Positions 61,669-64,000 of a stretch of 64,000 nt of DNA are shown piece by piece (position 1 is the stretch's first letter; each line of letters starts with the position of its first letter). Source of the stretch: the human T2T-CHM13v2.0 reference genome, Homo sapiens. Position numbers and translations under genes: made by a program. The stretch is from assembly GCF_009914755.1 (NCBI RefSeq), contig NC_060939.1. One strand, given 5' to 3'. The notes beneath the pieces are model-generated. The model made no database searches, was not told the origin of the DNA, and saw only the letters and a list, made by a program, of their open reading frames with translations.

Positions 61669-63091
61669 ATGTTTTTTAAATATTTAGAAAAACAGGAAAA
61701 CAAAATCCTGGGGGGAATTCCCATTTTATGATTCCATGCCTTAGTGTCTTGATAGTCTAGGTTTTCTGCAAGCTTGTTATTTCTCCCTTCAAATTCTGAC
61801 AGCTGAGATACCTGGCTAGGACTCAGCCTGAAGGATCATGGGAGTTCCCAGCAGCAGGTAAACCCCAAGTATCCCCCATGCACCTCCTGCTGCCTCTGGC
61901 TGAATGAAGATCGTGCACTGGGCTATGTCAAGTGAATCTTGCTGCTATCAAAAGGGGTGCTGAGAACATGGGCAGGTCCCACCCATTCTTCATGACTAGT
62001 GTCTCATCTGTAATGTTAGATATATAGGTTAGGGCTCTAATTGCAAAATACAGAAATTATTTAATACAACTTACACTGGTTTAAAAAATAAGGCATATTC
62101 TCTTGAAGGTTTAGAGAATCCAGAGAGAGTAAGACAACCAAGGCACAGTAAGAACCAAGATGCAATTTACTCTAAAGAACTGCTGTCATCATCACCTCTA
62201 AGGATTCTCTGTCTACTCCCTGTTTCTGCTTCTGTCTGGGCATCTGTTTCATCTGTTTAATTCTACACTGGTGTCCTCTCCTCCTCAATCCATGAAAATA
62301 TGGCAGTCACCTGAGTTTTATGTAACGTCTTCAGTCACCCAAATAAATTAATTTTTTTGGTCCTTAGGTTTAAAATTTCCAGACCAGGGCTTCCTTAACC
62401 CAGCTTGGGAGAATATCTATTCCCTTGGGCATCAGTCAGGATAGGCTGGGTTATGCTGTAGTAACAAACAGTTCCTAAATCTCAGTACCTGACAACAACA
62501 GAGTTTACCTCTTGCATGTGCTTCATGTCCATTGTGGGTTGGCTGTGGCTTGGCTCCATGTTGGGAACTTTACTTGGGAAGAAGTAATTTACAACTGGAG
62601 GATTTTGGTCTCATGGCAGATAAAAAGAGAAGACACAGGAAACCATGGGCTAACTCTTAAAGCTGCTGCCAGAGTAATTCACATGGCCAAGTCTAATACC
62701 ACTGGGATAGGGAAGTCTACAGCTCTGCCAGAGTAACAATACAGCCAACAATATAGCTTCATACACCAGTAAACTGTGGCCAAGGGGATGGGGTCCTAAC
62801 AGAATCTGACATTGATCACCACAACCACTGGATGGGACAGACAAAGATGCCATGTTCTGATACAGCTCTGTGTAGAAAAAGGTGGCAGGAACATTGGGAA
62901 GACAATTGCATCAATCTTGACCAGAGTCATCATTCAGTTAACGGATTCTGTGAAACTGCAAAATAGGCTAAATCGTCCTTGGGGATAACTGGGATACACT
63001 GGAAAGAAAGCTGGACTTGGAGTCAGACAGGTCTGGGTTCAAGTTCTGGCTCTGCAACTCACTATGTGTATAATCAGGGCCAAGTCATGGT

Positions 63092-63731
<640 letters not shown>

Positions 63732-64000
63732 TATTTAATGTCTTCTCAGTCATGAAACAGGGATAGCAATGTTTGCAGGATTGTTGTAGGGATCAAATGC
63801 AACTTTGAATATAAGCCATCTAGAAGAATGTCATAGGTGAGCTCAGCTCTTATTATTAACCTTTAAAAAGAGATAAAGTTTCCTACCTGTTTCTGTTTAG
63901 TGTCCACTGGGAGTAAACGAATGTAATCCCTCCAATTTATGTCTGAGTTATTAACTGTGGCACTTCCTTTGTCACTCCCAAAGTTCAAAACACAGGTCGC

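Overview
Primate (human or hominoid) genomic DNA, rich in Alu, L1, LTR and DNA-transposon remnants. One protein-coding gene is supported, on the minus strand: CTXND1 (cortexin domain containing 1), a 59-aa single-pass membrane microprotein at 7197-7376. The gene appears to span almost the whole window. It has a CpG-island promoter and non-coding exon 1 (~57442-57648), a ~48-kb intron 1, a non-coding exon 2 (9015-9166), and a terminal exon starting at 7441. The 3'UTR may run ~6.3 kb to an AATAAA supplied by an MLT1-type LTR (~928-933) nested in an ERVL pol remnant. The most notable structure is a 5' leader stacked with possible translational controls: a cap-proximal hairpin, two uORFs in exon 2 (one in frame with the CDS), and a strong-Kozak uORF overlapping the CDS. 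The intron holds an MLT2A LTR with a perfect DUX4 motif, an inverted local copy of a MER58 segment inside a Tigger3 element, and several perfect palindromic regulatory-like motifs. All other ORFs in the track look like repeat-derived or GC-shadow artefacts. Repeat family names and boundaries were assigned by eye and need RepeatMasker/Dfam confirmation. No wholly new biological system could be demonstrated from sequence alone.
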